A DNA stretch of 64,000 bases, taken from positions 62 through 64,061 of the forward strand of contig CAUERX010000004.1 in NCBI GenBank assembly GCA_959020415.1, given 5' to 3'. Below are positions 1 to 9,938 of this stretch, in pieces. The notes under the pieces were generated by a model that saw nothing but the letters and a program-made list of their open reading frames with translations, was not told where the DNA came from and ran no database searches. Source of the stretch: an uncultured bacterium. GTDB taxonomy: Bacteria; Bacillota_I; Bacilli_A; RF39; UBA660. The translations under genes and the position numbers were made by a program. Positions within the stretch are counted from its first letter, which is position 1, and the number at the start of each line of letters is the position of its first letter.

Positions 1-31
1 AAAGCAAATTTTCTTTATTTTTTAAAAACGT

Positions 32-59
32 TTGTAAAACAAGTGTTTTTTGCTATAAT
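32..59 (+). promoter_or_regulatory. Sigma-A-type promoter upstream of the ydbS-like gene
   Basis: TTGTAA (32-37), 16-nt spacer, TGcTATAAT extended -10 (TATAAT 54-59). Confidence 0.5.
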
Positions 60-109
60 ATAATTATAAAGCAATATTGTCTTTGCTTTTACAAGTAGGG
101 AGTGATAAA

Positions 110-595
110 ATGTATCAATCATTAGACAAAAAGGCCATTACCGTTATGCGTATTAACGCATTAATTTCAGGTGCAATTATTATTATAATAAGTGGTATTA
201 TAATATATTTCCTTTTAGCCGGAGATATTGGAACTTTAGGTAACGCAATAACTATAACCTTAGGGACACTTATTTTAATCAACGTTTTATTAAATATTTT
301 ACTTTATCCTAAAATTAGATATAGTCGTTATAAATATTTAGTGACTGATGAAAAAGTAGAAATAAAAAAAGGATTATTTCTAATAACTAGATCTATTATT
401 CAAATAAAAAGAATCCAAAAAATTGAGCTAAGTAGCGGACCTATCGACCGTCAGTTTAAGTTATCCAATGTTAATATATTCACTGCCGCAGGTGTTGTTG
501 ACATTAAATTTTTAAACGCCAAAGAAGCCGAAGATATAGTTACCAAAGTAAACACTTTATTAAAGCATAAATTGGAGAATACAAATGAAAACTAG
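110..595 (+). CDS. YdbS-like membrane protein with bacterial PH (bPH_2/DUF304) domain
   Basis: ORF 77..595. ATG at 110 follows a GGGAG RBS. Two N-terminal TM helices then a small soluble domain. Overlaps the larger YdbT-like partner, as in Bacillus ydbST. Confidence 0.6.
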   Translation: MYQSLDKKAITVMRINALISGAIIIIISGIIIYFLLAGDIGTLGNAITITLGTLILINVLLNILLYPKIRYSRYKYLVTDEKVEIKKGLFLITRSIIQIKRIQKIELSSGPIDRQFKLSNVNIFTAAGVVDIKFLNAKEAEDIVTKVNTLLKHKLENTNEN

Positions 596-2009
596 AATGC
601 ATCCATCTATCATCTTTGAAAGGCTTCTAAGTAGCCTAGGTGCGATTATTGTTATTGCTGGTTACTTTTTCATTCAAGTATTTCAAGACGAAGGAACAAA
701 AGGAATTGAAAAAACTTCATCATATATTACTAGCCTAGGTGGTAACATTATTCTAACTGCTATTATAGTTTTCATTCTAACATTAGCTGTTTTTGTAATA
801 TTTTTCTATTTTGGATGGCGAAATACTTACCTTTATTTTGAAAAAACAAATCTAATTATCGAAAAAGGGAAAATCTTCAAAAAAATAACAACTATTCATT
901 TATCAGATATTGCTGCTGTTAATATAAAACGTAACATTATCGAACAATTACTAGGAACTTCAAACTTAAAATTCGATTTAAACATGAGCGAGGCTAATTC
1001 CTTTAACAGTAAACTGGTTTTTAAAGAAGATGTTGCCATTAATTTAAAAAACGATATATTAAAACATATGGGGAAAAATATCGAGCTTGAAAACAAAGAA
1101 ATTGATAGCGTTGTTTCTTATAAGCCAGTAGACGTCTTTAGACATATGTGGCTTTCTGTTGATATCAGTGCCTTTATTGTTTTAATTGCAGTTTATGGTT
1201 TCATTATTATTGCCGGAATCAATGATTTATTAGCTCAAGGCTTAATCTTTATAATAATCATTGGAATTATTGCTATTATTCCATTAATTTGGAGTTTAGT
1301 AAAAAGCTATTTAAGCTATTATAATTTCAAAGTTTCGAGATCGGAAGATACCATAAAATTATCTTATGGCGCTTTCACAAACTATAAATATAGTTTACCA
1401 ATTAATCGCATAAATGCAGTAATTATTAAGCAAACTATTCAAGCTAGAATCGCCAATTACTATGAAATCGAAGTAGTAAATGCCGGACTTGGTGGTAATG
1501 AAAATGAAGATGAAAAAACTATCATTAGTCTTTATGTAAAAGAAAAAGAAAAAAATATTATCTTAAATGAAATAGTTCCTGAATATCAAAATCAAATTAA
1601 ATTAGAAAATCAAACCAAGCAAGCTCTAATACATTATTTGCTTGCCAAATTACCATTAATTACAGTATTTTTAGGCCTTTGCGCATTAAGTTTTTGGTTT
1701 ATAATCGGCGCTATTTTCCTAATTATCATTGCTTTTGCTCAATATAAAACTAAAAAAATAGGTTATGATAACAATATGATTGTTATTCAAAATGGAATAA
1801 TTAATAAAAAAACAACAATTGTTAAGTTTTCTAATATTGAATTAATTTCCATTCACAAAAAGTTTTTAACACCAATTTCAAAAATGTATAGTCTTCAAGC
1901 TAATATAATTGGCCCACTGCAAAATAGTAATTTCAATAGTGGGTTATTTCAAAAAAGTATTTTAGAAAATATCGTTAATCAGTACTTAGGTGAAACAAAT
2001 GAAAACTAA
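585..2009 (+). CDS. YdbT-like membrane protein with repeated bacterial PH domains
   Basis: 474 aa. Three repeats of TM hairpin plus soluble module (for example IEKGKIFKKITTIHLSDI, SYGAFTNYKYSLPINRINAV, IQNGIINKKTTIVKFSNI). GGAG RBS 7 nt before the ATG. 11-nt overlap with the upstream gene. Confidence 0.6.
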   Translation: MKTRMHPSIIFERLLSSLGAIIVIAGYFFIQVFQDEGTKGIEKTSSYITSLGGNIILTAIIVFILTLAVFVIFFYFGWRNTYLYFEKTNLIIEKGKIFKKITTIHLSDIAAVNIKRNIIEQLLGTSNLKFDLNMSEANSFNSKLVFKEDVAINLKNDILKHMGKNIELENKEIDSVVSYKPVDVFRHMWLSVDISAFIVLIAVYGFIIIAGINDLLAQGLIFIIIIGIIAIIPLIWSLVKSYLSYYNFKVSRSEDTIKLSYGAFTNYKYSLPINRINAVIIKQTIQARIANYYEIEVVNAGLGGNENEDEKTIISLYVKEKEKNIILNEIVPEYQNQIKLENQTKQALIHYLLAKLPLITVFLGLCALSFWFIIGAIFLIIIAFAQYKTKKIGYDNNMIVIQNGIINKKTTIVKFSNIELISIHKKFLTPISKMYSLQANIIGPLQNSNFNSGLFQKSILENIVNQYLGETNEN

Positions 2010-2619
2010 TTATCAAAAAGTATTGGATGAGATTTTGAAAAATATTGAAGGTAAGCCTAAATTATTATTACATGCCTGCTGCGGCGTATGTAGCAGCTAT
2101 GTCCTAGAATACCTTACCAATTATTTTGAAATAACTGTTTTGTATTATAATCCAAATATATTTCCTGAAGCCGAATATCAAAAAAGGCTAGAAACGCAAA
2201 AAGAAATTATTAGCAAGATGGTTCCAGAAGTAAAACTGTTAGAAATAGGTTATCACGAAGAAGATTTTAATAACATTGCTAAAGGTTTAGAAGACGAAAA
2301 AGAAGGCGGTAAAAGATGCTCAAAATGTTATTATTTTAGATTAGAACAAACCGCCAAATTAGCTAAAAAAAACAACTATGATTACTTTTGTACCACACTT
2401 TCTGTAAGTCCATATAAAGACTCAGAAAAACTAAACAAAATCGGAAAATTATTATCTGAAAAATATCAAATAAATTATTTATATTCTGATTTCAAAAAAA
2501 GAGAAGGTTATAAGCGTAGTACAGAATTAGCTAAAAAATACAATTTATATCGTCAAAATTATTGTGGTTGTAAATATTCCAAAATAGAAATGGAAGAAAA
2601 ACTTAAAATAACTAATTAA
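1999..2619 (+). CDS. queH: Epoxyqueuosine reductase QueH (DUF208)
   Basis: LLLHACCGVCS near the N-terminus, RCSKCYYFRL in the middle, C-terminal YRQNYCGCKYS. About 205 aa. AGGTGA RBS before the ATG at 1999. Confidence 0.75.
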   Translation: MKTNYQKVLDEILKNIEGKPKLLLHACCGVCSSYVLEYLTNYFEITVLYYNPNIFPEAEYQKRLETQKEIISKMVPEVKLLEIGYHEEDFNNIAKGLEDEKEGGKRCSKCYYFRLEQTAKLAKKNNYDYFCTTLSVSPYKDSEKLNKIGKLLSEKYQINYLYSDFKKREGYKRSTELAKKYNLYRQNYCGCKYSKIEMEEKLKITN

Positions 2620-2646
2620 AGTTCATTTATTATGAACTTTTTCTTT
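2618..2646 (+). terminator. Rho-independent terminator after queH
   Basis: aaaGTTCAT-ttatt-ATGAACttt hairpin followed by a T-run. Confidence 0.6.
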
Positions 2647-2699
2647 TAAAATAATTGTAAAAGCATTTAAACGCGGTATACTAAAAATGGTGGTATGCT

Positions 2700-4074
2700 A
2701 TGAAGTGGAAGTATGCAATAATTGCAGTAATTTCTTTATTAATAATCGGAACATTGATATATCTATTTATTCTACCAACATTTACTTTAAAAAAATCATG
2801 AAGTAAATATTGGAGAAAAATATAAAGAAAATTTAAAAGTAACAAGATTTAGTATTGACTATACCCCAAAAACTAAAGTTATTAGTAAAGTAAAAACTGA
2901 CAAATTGGGAAGTTATAACATTACATATAAAGTAAAAATTGGTTTTATAGAATTTACTAAAAACGAATCAGTAAAAGTAGTTGATAAACAAGCACCAGAA
3001 ATCACTTTAAACGGAAACGAAGTAACATTAGTCTGCTCTAATAAAACATATCAAGATGAAGGGGCTAAAGCAAATGATAATTATGATAGCAATCTTACTA
3101 ATAAAATAAAAGTCGATTTAAAAAAAGAAGTTATCTACACAATTAAAGATTCATCAGGTAATAAAACTAAAAAACTTAGAAAACTTATATACGACGATAA
3201 AACCGCTCCAACTTTAACGTTAAAAGGAAGCCAACATACTGAAATAGTAGTTGGCACTAATTATAAAGATCTTGGAATATCAGCCATTGATAACTGCGAT
3301 GGCGATATCAGTAATAAAATTGTAACAAGTGACCGCGTTAATACTTAAAAAATCGGAACCTATACTATAACTTATAGTGTCCTTGATAGTAAAAATAATC
3401 AAGCAACCATTACTAGAATCATTAAAATAATTGTCCGTACTGTCACAAATGGAACCGGAAAAGCAAGAAACGTTTATTTAACGTTTGATGATAGTCCAAA
3501 ACAAGGAACCACTATCTTATCATTGACATTTTAAAGGAGGAAAATGTTAAAGCCACATTTTTCATAACTAGTCACGCCCTGACAATTTAATTAAACACGA
3601 ATACAATGAAGGACATACCATTGCAATCCATACTTTTTCTCATAACTATCAAACGTGTTACTCATCAGTTGAAGATTTCTTTAATGATATTAAAAAAGCC
3701 GAAGACCGTGTTAAAAATATCACAGGCTATGATCCGAAAATAATTAGATTTGCCGGAGGATCTTCTAATACAGTTAGTCGCCCAAGGGGATCCCGACGAC
3801 ACTTTCCAAAGAAGTTATAAATAGGGGACATCAATATTATGATTGGAATGTTTCATCTGGTGATGTTGGTGAAACCAAAACCACCAGTGGTGTTTATAAT
3901 AATGTCATTCAAGGTATAAGTAAAAACAAAGCCAATATCATTCTTATGCACGACATCAACGCTTATACTAAAGATGCTTTAAAAAATATTATCAGAAATG
4001 GCAAACAAAATGACTATACATTTGATTGTATAACTTCAAGTACCACGCTTTATCATCACCACATCAACAATTAA
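2700..4074 (+). pseudogene. Decayed gene for a membrane-anchored Ig-like (DUF5011-type) plus NodB polysaccharide deacetylase protein
   Basis: ATG at 2700 with a GGTGG RBS and a signal-anchor. Frame is lost in the A7 run at 2789-2795. The frame then continues as ORF 2905..3348 (Ig-like repeats, DNCDGDISNKIV) up to an in-frame TAA at 3346-3348. Downstream pieces read VYLTFDDSP, NVKATFFITSH, EGHTIAIHTFSHNY, IRFAGGSSNTVS, YDWNVSSGD, ILMHD and HHHINN in shifting frames. Confidence 0.8.
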
Positions 4075-4076
4075 AG

Positions 4077-4094
4077 CCACAATCGTGGTTTTTT
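4077..4094 (+). terminator. Terminator retained after the decayed deacetylase gene
   Basis: CCAC-aatc-GTGG followed by TTTTTT (short stem). Confidence 0.4.
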
Positions 4095-4133
4095 CGAAGA
4101 AAAAATGATATAATAAATATAAGGTGAAGTACT

Positions 4134-4976
4134 ATGCATAAAGAGATAATCGCAAAATTTATAATTTTTACAACATTTCTAATTTTAATTTTTTTAAACA
4201 TCGTTTATCTTTCAAGTCCTAAAATAACCATTAAAAAAATAAATGAAGAAATCCCTAAAGCCTTCGTTAATCCCAGTACCGATCTTCCGATCAAAAAACA
4301 TCGCCCAAAAGAAGAAAGAAAAGAAATTATTCCTTCAATAGTATCTGATAAAACAATATATTTAACCTTTGACGATGGGCCAAGCTATTTAACAAACGAC
4401 ATATTAAATATTTTAAATAAAGAAAAGGTTCCAGCCACATTTTTTGTAATAGGCAGCCATATAGATGAATATTCAAATACTGTTAGCCGCGCTTATAATG
4501 AAGGCCATACTATTGGACTTCACACATTTACTCATAATTATAAATATGTCTATTCTAGTGATGACAATTATTTTAATGATCTGACACAAATAAACGATAA
4601 AGTTTATAATATTACTGGACACCACTCACGTATTATTCGTCTCCCCGGTGGCAGTTCTAATACCGTCAGTAAAAAATATAATAAAGGTATCGTAACTAGA
4701 ATAACTACAGCCTTGAATAATAACAACTACTATTATTTTGATTGGAATGTCGATTCAGGTGATGCCTCTGGCAAATTAACCAAAGATCAAATCGTTCATA
4801 ATATCAAACTGAACTTACATCATGGAACTAATATTATTCTTATGCATGATACAGCCACTAAAAAATCCACAGTTGAAGCACTACCAGAAATCATTAAATA
4901 CGCCAAAGAAAATGGTTATACGTTCGCTAAAATAACCAAAGATACAATGTCAATTAGACACCATATAAATAACTAA
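4134..4976 (+). CDS. Membrane-anchored polysaccharide deacetylase (NodB homology domain, peptidoglycan/chitooligosaccharide deacetylase type)
   Basis: N-terminal TM. Motifs TFDDGP, HTIGLHTFTHNY, RLPGGSSN, ILMHD. Paralogue of the pseudogene immediately upstream (same C-terminal HHINN). Confidence 0.8.
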   Translation: MHKEIIAKFIIFTTFLILIFLNIVYLSSPKITIKKINEEIPKAFVNPSTDLPIKKHRPKEERKEIIPSIVSDKTIYLTFDDGPSYLTNDILNILNKEKVPATFFVIGSHIDEYSNTVSRAYNEGHTIGLHTFTHNYKYVYSSDDNYFNDLTQINDKVYNITGHHSRIIRLPGGSSNTVSKKYNKGIVTRITTALNNNNYYYFDWNVDSGDASGKLTKDQIVHNIKLNLHHGTNIILMHDTATKKSTVEALPEIIKYAKENGYTFAKITKDTMSIRHHINN

Positions 4977-5010
4977 ATAACCAAAATTATCTAAAATTTT
5001 TTTATACTGG

Positions 5011-5039
5011 TTGACATATAATTTTAAATGGAATATACT
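5011..5039 (+). promoter_or_regulatory. Sigma-A promoter of the ABC exporter operon
   Basis: TTGACA (5011-5016), 17-nt spacer, TATACT (5034-5039). Confidence 0.5.
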
Positions 5040-5086
5040 TAAAAAGCCTATAATAAAGCTTTTTATTTTCTATAAAGGAGGAACCT

Positions 5087-7306
5087 ATGAAAAACCTGTT
5101 TAAATATCTCAAAAAATCTAAATTAGCAATCCTTTTCATTTTCATATTACTTGTAATCCAAGCTTACTGTGACCTATCACTGCCTGAATATACTTCAAAT
5201 ATGGTTAACGTTGGTATTCAGCAATCCGGAATTAAAAATTCAGTTCCAGACGTTATTCGTCAAAGTAAATTAGATAATTTGCTTATTTTTGCTGACGATA
5301 ATGAAAAGAAAAATGTCAAAGAAAATTATAAGAAATTAGATAAAAATAAAGGGAATATTGATAAATATCCAGCATTAGAAAAAGAAGATATTTATATTCT
5401 CAAAGATCAAAAAACTAGTGATAAAAACATCTTAAATGATTTTTTTGAGCGTACCTTAATGATTGACAGTTATTTAACTAACGAAAAAACTGTAGTTCAA
5501 ATAAAACAAAAACTTTTAGAAAATATGCCAAATGATGGTACTCTAGATAAAGTTGATATCTATACAATTTTAAAACAGATGCCAGAGGAAAACATCAATA
5601 AATTACTAAAGGAAGTAAATAAAGAATTAGAAAAAATAGAGCCATCTATTATATCACAAGCTTCTATTAACTTAGTTAAAGATGAATATGAAGCCATTGG
5701 TGTTGATACTGGCGATATCCAAACCGATTATGTTATCCAAACAGGGTTACTTATGCTTGGTATTGCCATGATAAGTATGATCTTAACAATCATCGTTGCC
5801 TTCTTATCATCAAAAGTTTCAGCTTCTTTAGGACAACGACTCCGCGATTCTGTATTTAATAAAGTTCTTAATTTTTCATCAAGTGAATTTAAACGTTATT
5901 CGACTGCATCACTAATAACAAGAAGCACCAATGACATTCAACAAATTCAAATGTTAACAGTTATGCTTTTACGTATTGTTTTCTATGCCCCAATCATGGC
6001 AATCGGTGGCGTAATAAAAGTTTTAAATACTAATACTTCAATGACTTGGATTATAGCTGTCGCTGTCGCTTTAATCTTCTTTGTTGTTATGATCCTATTT
6101 ATTGTCGCTATGCCTAAATTTAAATTAATTCAAAAATTAGTTGATAAAATTAACCTCGTATCTCGAGAAATACTATCCGGATTAAGTGTTATCAGAGCCT
6201 TCAGCCGCGAAAAACATGAAGAAAAAAGATTCGATAAAGCTAATGTTGATTTAATGAAAACAAACCTTTTTGTTAACCGTACAATGGCTCTAATGATGCC
6301 AGTTATGATGTTAATTATGAACCTAATTATGGTCGTTATCGTCTGGGTAGGTGCTGGTTATATCGATACCGGAAATATGCAAGTAGGGGACATGATGGCC
6401 TTCATGCAATATACCATGGAAATAGTTATGTCATTCTTAATGATTTCAATGGTCTCAGTAGTATTGCCAAGAGCCGTAGTATCATTAAACCGTGTTAACG
6501 AAGTTATTACAACTAAAAATGTTATCGTTGATCCAAAAGAGCCAAGAGAATTTATTAAAGACAAAAGGGGTTATGTTGAATTTAGAAATGTTAGTTTTCG
6601 CTATCCAGATGCCGATTACGACGTTATAACTGACATCAATTTCACTGCCAAACCTGGAGAAACAACTGCATTAATTGGTTCAACAGGAAGTGGCAAAAGT
6701 ACCGTAATTAATTTAATACCAAGATTTTTCGATACCACAGAAGGTGAAATATTCGTTGATGGAGTTAACATTAAAGATGTAACCATGCATAACCTTAGAT
6801 CAAAAATTGGTTTTGTTCCCCAAAAAGGTGTCTTATTTTCTGGAGATATTAAATCTAATATTGCTTATGGTAATGAAAATGCTAGTGATGAAGAAATTAA
6901 TAAAGCTTTAGAAATATCACAATCTAAAGAATTTGTTAGTAAATTGGATAAAGGTGTTGAATCACCAATCTCGCAAGGTGGTAAAAACGTATCTGGTGGT
7001 CAAAGGCAACGTCTTTCAATCGCAAGAGCTATCGCAATCAATCCTGAAATATTCATCTTCGATGATAGTTTCTCAGCCTTAGACTTTAAAACCGACTCTA
7101 AACTTCGCCATGATCTAAAAACTATAACCAAAGATAAAACTGTAATTATTGTCGCTCAACGCATCAGTACTATTATGAACGCTGAACAAATCATTGTTCT
7201 AGATGAAGGAAGAATAGTAGGTAAAGGTACTCACAAAGAATTAATGGAAAATTGTGAAATTTATAAGCAAATCGCTCTATCACAATTATCAAAGGAGGAG
7301 GTCTAA
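5087..7306 (+). CDS. ABC exporter half-transporter (TMD-NBD) with an enlarged first extracytoplasmic loop
   Basis: 739 aa. Six-TM exporter domain. Walker A GSTGSGKST, signature VSGGQRQR, Walker B IFIFDDSFSALD. About 165 aa of hydrophilic insert between TM1 and TM2. Confidence 0.85.
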   Translation: MKNLFKYLKKSKLAILFIFILLVIQAYCDLSLPEYTSNMVNVGIQQSGIKNSVPDVIRQSKLDNLLIFADDNEKKNVKENYKKLDKNKGNIDKYPALEKEDIYILKDQKTSDKNILNDFFERTLMIDSYLTNEKTVVQIKQKLLENMPNDGTLDKVDIYTILKQMPEENINKLLKEVNKELEKIEPSIISQASINLVKDEYEAIGVDTGDIQTDYVIQTGLLMLGIAMISMILTIIVAFLSSKVSASLGQRLRDSVFNKVLNFSSSEFKRYSTASLITRSTNDIQQIQMLTVMLLRIVFYAPIMAIGGVIKVLNTNTSMTWIIAVAVALIFFVVMILFIVAMPKFKLIQKLVDKINLVSREILSGLSVIRAFSREKHEEKRFDKANVDLMKTNLFVNRTMALMMPVMMLIMNLIMVVIVWVGAGYIDTGNMQVGDMMAFMQYTMEIVMSFLMISMVSVVLPRAVVSLNRVNEVITTKNVIVDPKEPREFIKDKRGYVEFRNVSFRYPDADYDVITDINFTAKPGETTALIGSTGSGKSTVINLIPRFFDTTEGEIFVDGVNIKDVTMHNLRSKIGFVPQKGVLFSGDIKSNIAYGNENASDEEINKALEISQSKEFVSKLDKGVESPISQGGKNVSGGQRQRLSIARAIAINPEIFIFDDSFSALDFKTDSKLRHDLKTITKDKTVIIVAQRISTIMNAEQIIVLDEGRIVGKGTHKELMENCEIYKQIALSQLSKEEV

Positions 7307-7307
7307 T

Positions 7308-9134
7308 ATGAATGGTAAATCTGCTCCAAAAGGACCTATGGGTGGTGGCCGTGCAATGACTACCGAAAAAGCTAAAGACTTTAAAGGAACATTTAAACGC
7401 TTAATAAAATCCTTAAGTAAATATAAAATTGGAATTTTCTTTGTTGTTATATTTGCCATAGGTAGTGTTATATTTAGTATATTTGGTCCTAAAATATTAG
7501 GAAATGCTACTACTGAAATTTTTAATGGACTAGTTTCAAAAGTATCTGGTGGTAGTGGTATTGATTTTACTAAACTTGGAAATATAATTTTGCTTTTAGT
7601 TGGATTATATATTTTAAGTGCGATTTTTAATTTTATACAAGGATTCATCATGAGTGGTGTATCTCAAAAATTTTCTTATGATTTAAGACAAAAAATCGCC
7701 ATAAAAATAAACAAATTACCAATGAAATATTTTGATAAAAAACAATCCGGAGATATCTTATCTAGAATTACTAATGATATTGATACCATCAGCATGAATT
7801 TAAATCAATCTTTAACTCAGCTAATTTCTTCAATAACCATGATGATTGGTGTCTTAATAATGATGCTTTCTATTAGTGGCATTATGACTTTAGCTGCTTT
7901 AGCGATTATTCCAATTGTCGTTTTGATCATGTTTATCATTGTCAGTAAATCGCAAAAATACTTTATAACACAACAAAACTATTTAGGAAAAGTAAATGGT
8001 CATATTGAAGAAATCTACGGTGCTCATAATATTGTAAAAGCATTTAATGGTGAAGAAAAAGCCTCAAAACAGTTTAAAAAATTAAATGATACTTTATATG
8101 AATCTGGTTGGAAAAGTCAATTCCTATCAGGTATGATGCAACCAATGATGAAATTCATCGGTAATCTAGGTTACGTTGTAGTCGTTATTCTGGGAGGATT
8201 CTTAGTAATTAAAAATAAACTTGAAGTCGGTTCAATTGTTTCGTTTACTCAATATATCAGAAACTTTACCCAACCAATATCCCAAGTATCACAAATTGCT
8301 AATTTAATCCAAGCTTTAATGGCTGCAAGTGAAAGAGTATTCGAATTTTTAGATGAAAAAGAGGAACCAGAAGATATTAAAAACGCTTTAGATGGTTCAC
8401 AAATAAAAGGTAATATTGAATTCAACCACGTATCTTTTGGATACAACGAAGACAAAATCATTATCAAAGATTTTAGTGCCAATATTAAAGCCGGAACTAA
8501 AGTCGCTATTGTTGGTCCAACCGGGGCTGGGAAAACGACTTTGGTTAAACTATTAATGCGTTTTTATGACGTTAATAAAGGCGAAATTTCTATTGATGGA
8601 CACAATATTAAAGATTATCAGCGTAGTAAATTAAGAAGCAATTTTGGTATGGTATTACAAGACACTTGGTTATTTAGCGGTAGTATAGAAGACAATATTA
8701 AATATGGCAAACTAGATGCTACCCATAACGAAGTTATTGAAGCATCCAAAGCTGCTCACATCGATCATTACATCAAAACATTACCAGATGGTTATAAAAT
8801 GGAAATTAACGAAGAATCAAGTAACATTTCCTCAGGACAAAAGCAATTACTAACAATTGCTAGAGTAATCCTTGCTGATCCAAAAATTTTGATATTAGAT
8901 GAAGCTACCAGTAGCGTCGATACTAGAACAGAAGTTTTAATTCAAAAAGCCATGGATAATTTAATGCAAGGAAGAACAAGCTTTATAATTGCTCACCGTT
9001 TATCGACAATAAAAAATGCTGATCTTATCTTAGTGTTAAATGAAGGAGATATTGTTGAACAAGGGAATCATGAAGAACTACTTAAAAAAGGCGGTTTTTA
9101 CTCTAAACTATATAATTCACAATTTGAAGAATAG
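7308..9134 (+). CDS. ABC exporter half-transporter, probable heterodimer partner
   Basis: ATG at 7308 lies 1 nt after the upstream stop and behind an AGGAGGAGG RBS (track ORF 7254 is an over-extension). Walker A GPTGAGKTT, signature SSGQKQL, Walker B ILILDEATSSVD. Confidence 0.85.
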   Translation: MNGKSAPKGPMGGGRAMTTEKAKDFKGTFKRLIKSLSKYKIGIFFVVIFAIGSVIFSIFGPKILGNATTEIFNGLVSKVSGGSGIDFTKLGNIILLLVGLYILSAIFNFIQGFIMSGVSQKFSYDLRQKIAIKINKLPMKYFDKKQSGDILSRITNDIDTISMNLNQSLTQLISSITMMIGVLIMMLSISGIMTLAALAIIPIVVLIMFIIVSKSQKYFITQQNYLGKVNGHIEEIYGAHNIVKAFNGEEKASKQFKKLNDTLYESGWKSQFLSGMMQPMMKFIGNLGYVVVVILGGFLVIKNKLEVGSIVSFTQYIRNFTQPISQVSQIANLIQALMAASERVFEFLDEKEEPEDIKNALDGSQIKGNIEFNHVSFGYNEDKIIIKDFSANIKAGTKVAIVGPTGAGKTTLVKLLMRFYDVNKGEISIDGHNIKDYQRSKLRSNFGMVLQDTWLFSGSIEDNIKYGKLDATHNEVIEASKAAHIDHYIKTLPDGYKMEINEESSNISSGQKQLLTIARVILADPKILILDEATSSVDTRTEVLIQKAMDNLMQGRTSFIIAHRLSTIKNADLILVLNEGDIVEQGNHEELLKKGGFYSKLYNSQFEE

Positions 9135-9209
9135 TTTACTATTCTTTTCTTGTTACCAAAAAATAAAAAATCAAGAGCAATGGCAAAATAAATAATAATT
9201 GTACATCAT

Positions 9210-9238
9210 TTGACATGTCTTTAAAAAGAGTGTATAAT
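9210..9238 (+). promoter_or_regulatory. Sigma-A promoter
   Basis: TTGACA (9210-9215), 17-nt spacer, TATAAT (9233-9238). Confidence 0.5.
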
Positions 9239-9265
9239 CTAAAAGTATGAATTGGAGGAATGAAC

Positions 9266-9643
9266 ATGCCAAATTTAATTGATATGATGGACAGAAATAC
9301 TTTAGAAGCATTTAAAGAAGAATTGACTAACTCAAACTCAATAGAAGAAGTTCTAGCTCGTTTTCTAAACGAATGGAAAAGTATTGATGAACCTATTGAA
9401 AAACAAACTGAAACCGTTATCTATAGTGTTAGCTTTGGTTTAAATAGAACTCAGGCAACATTCCAAAAAGATATCAATAATATGGCTCCTTATAGTAAAG
9501 TCCAAAATTTTGAGGGAATTAAAGACGCCCAAGGAGAGTGGAAAAATATTTACAACATTGCCTATCCAACAGGGGAAGCAACAACTATAAGTGTCGAAAT
9601 AGATACTCCTAGTCATCAAAAAGTATTTGACAAAGCCGCTTAA
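9266..9643 (+). CDS. Hypothetical small acidic cytoplasmic protein
   Basis: ORF with a GGAGG RBS 7 nt upstream of the ATG at 9266. No family recognised. Confidence 0.45.
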   Translation: MPNLIDMMDRNTLEAFKEELTNSNSIEEVLARFLNEWKSIDEPIEKQTETVIYSVSFGLNRTQATFQKDINNMAPYSKVQNFEGIKDAQGEWKNIYNIAYPTGEATTISVEIDTPSHQKVFDKAA

Positions 9644-9670
9644 GGCTTTTTTCTTATAGAAAGGGACAAT

Positions 9671-9769
9671 ACGATAATAATTGACTCCGATGCTTGTCCA
9701 AGTATAAAATTAATCGAGAATACCTCTAAAAAACATCAGATTAAAACTTTAATCTGTCTCATCATATGA
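9671..9769 (+). pseudogene. Relic of a YaiI/YqxD (UPF0178/DUF188) gene
   Basis: Reads T-IIIDSDACPSIKLIENTSKKHQIKTLICLII-stop. An AAGGGA RBS is followed by ACG where an ATG is expected. The family N-terminus is typically M-x-I-x-(V/I)-D-A-D-A-C-P. Only about 32 codons of an expected 150 or so remain. Confidence 0.4.
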
Positions 9770-9938
9770 ATACAAAATTAAGACGTCATAGTTTTAAAAT
9801 AAAAGGTTCCCAAAAAAGAACTGAAGTAGATGATATAAAATTAATAACTAATTTAGAACTTTTAATTGTGAAAGTCAAAAATAAATGATATAATTAACTA
9901 GTATTTATTATATACTTAATTATAGTGGAGGATGATTT

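Noticed and set aside
7254-7307. Track start at 7254 for the second ABC subunit (54-nt overlap with the first)
   Set aside because: The ATG at 7308 sits 1 nt after the upstream stop and is preceded by AGGAGGAGG. The upstream extension MKFISKSLYHNYQRRRSN is just the alternative frame of the first gene's 3' end.
7289-7651. 120-aa minus-strand ORF in the ABC exporter operon. Related antisense ORFs occur at 896..1096, 6358..6564, 8249..8482, 9971..10162, 11789..12100, 13094..13276 and 14127..14387.
   Set aside because: They are antisense to genes with strong family signatures, with no expression signals of their own. They are most likely chance ORFs.
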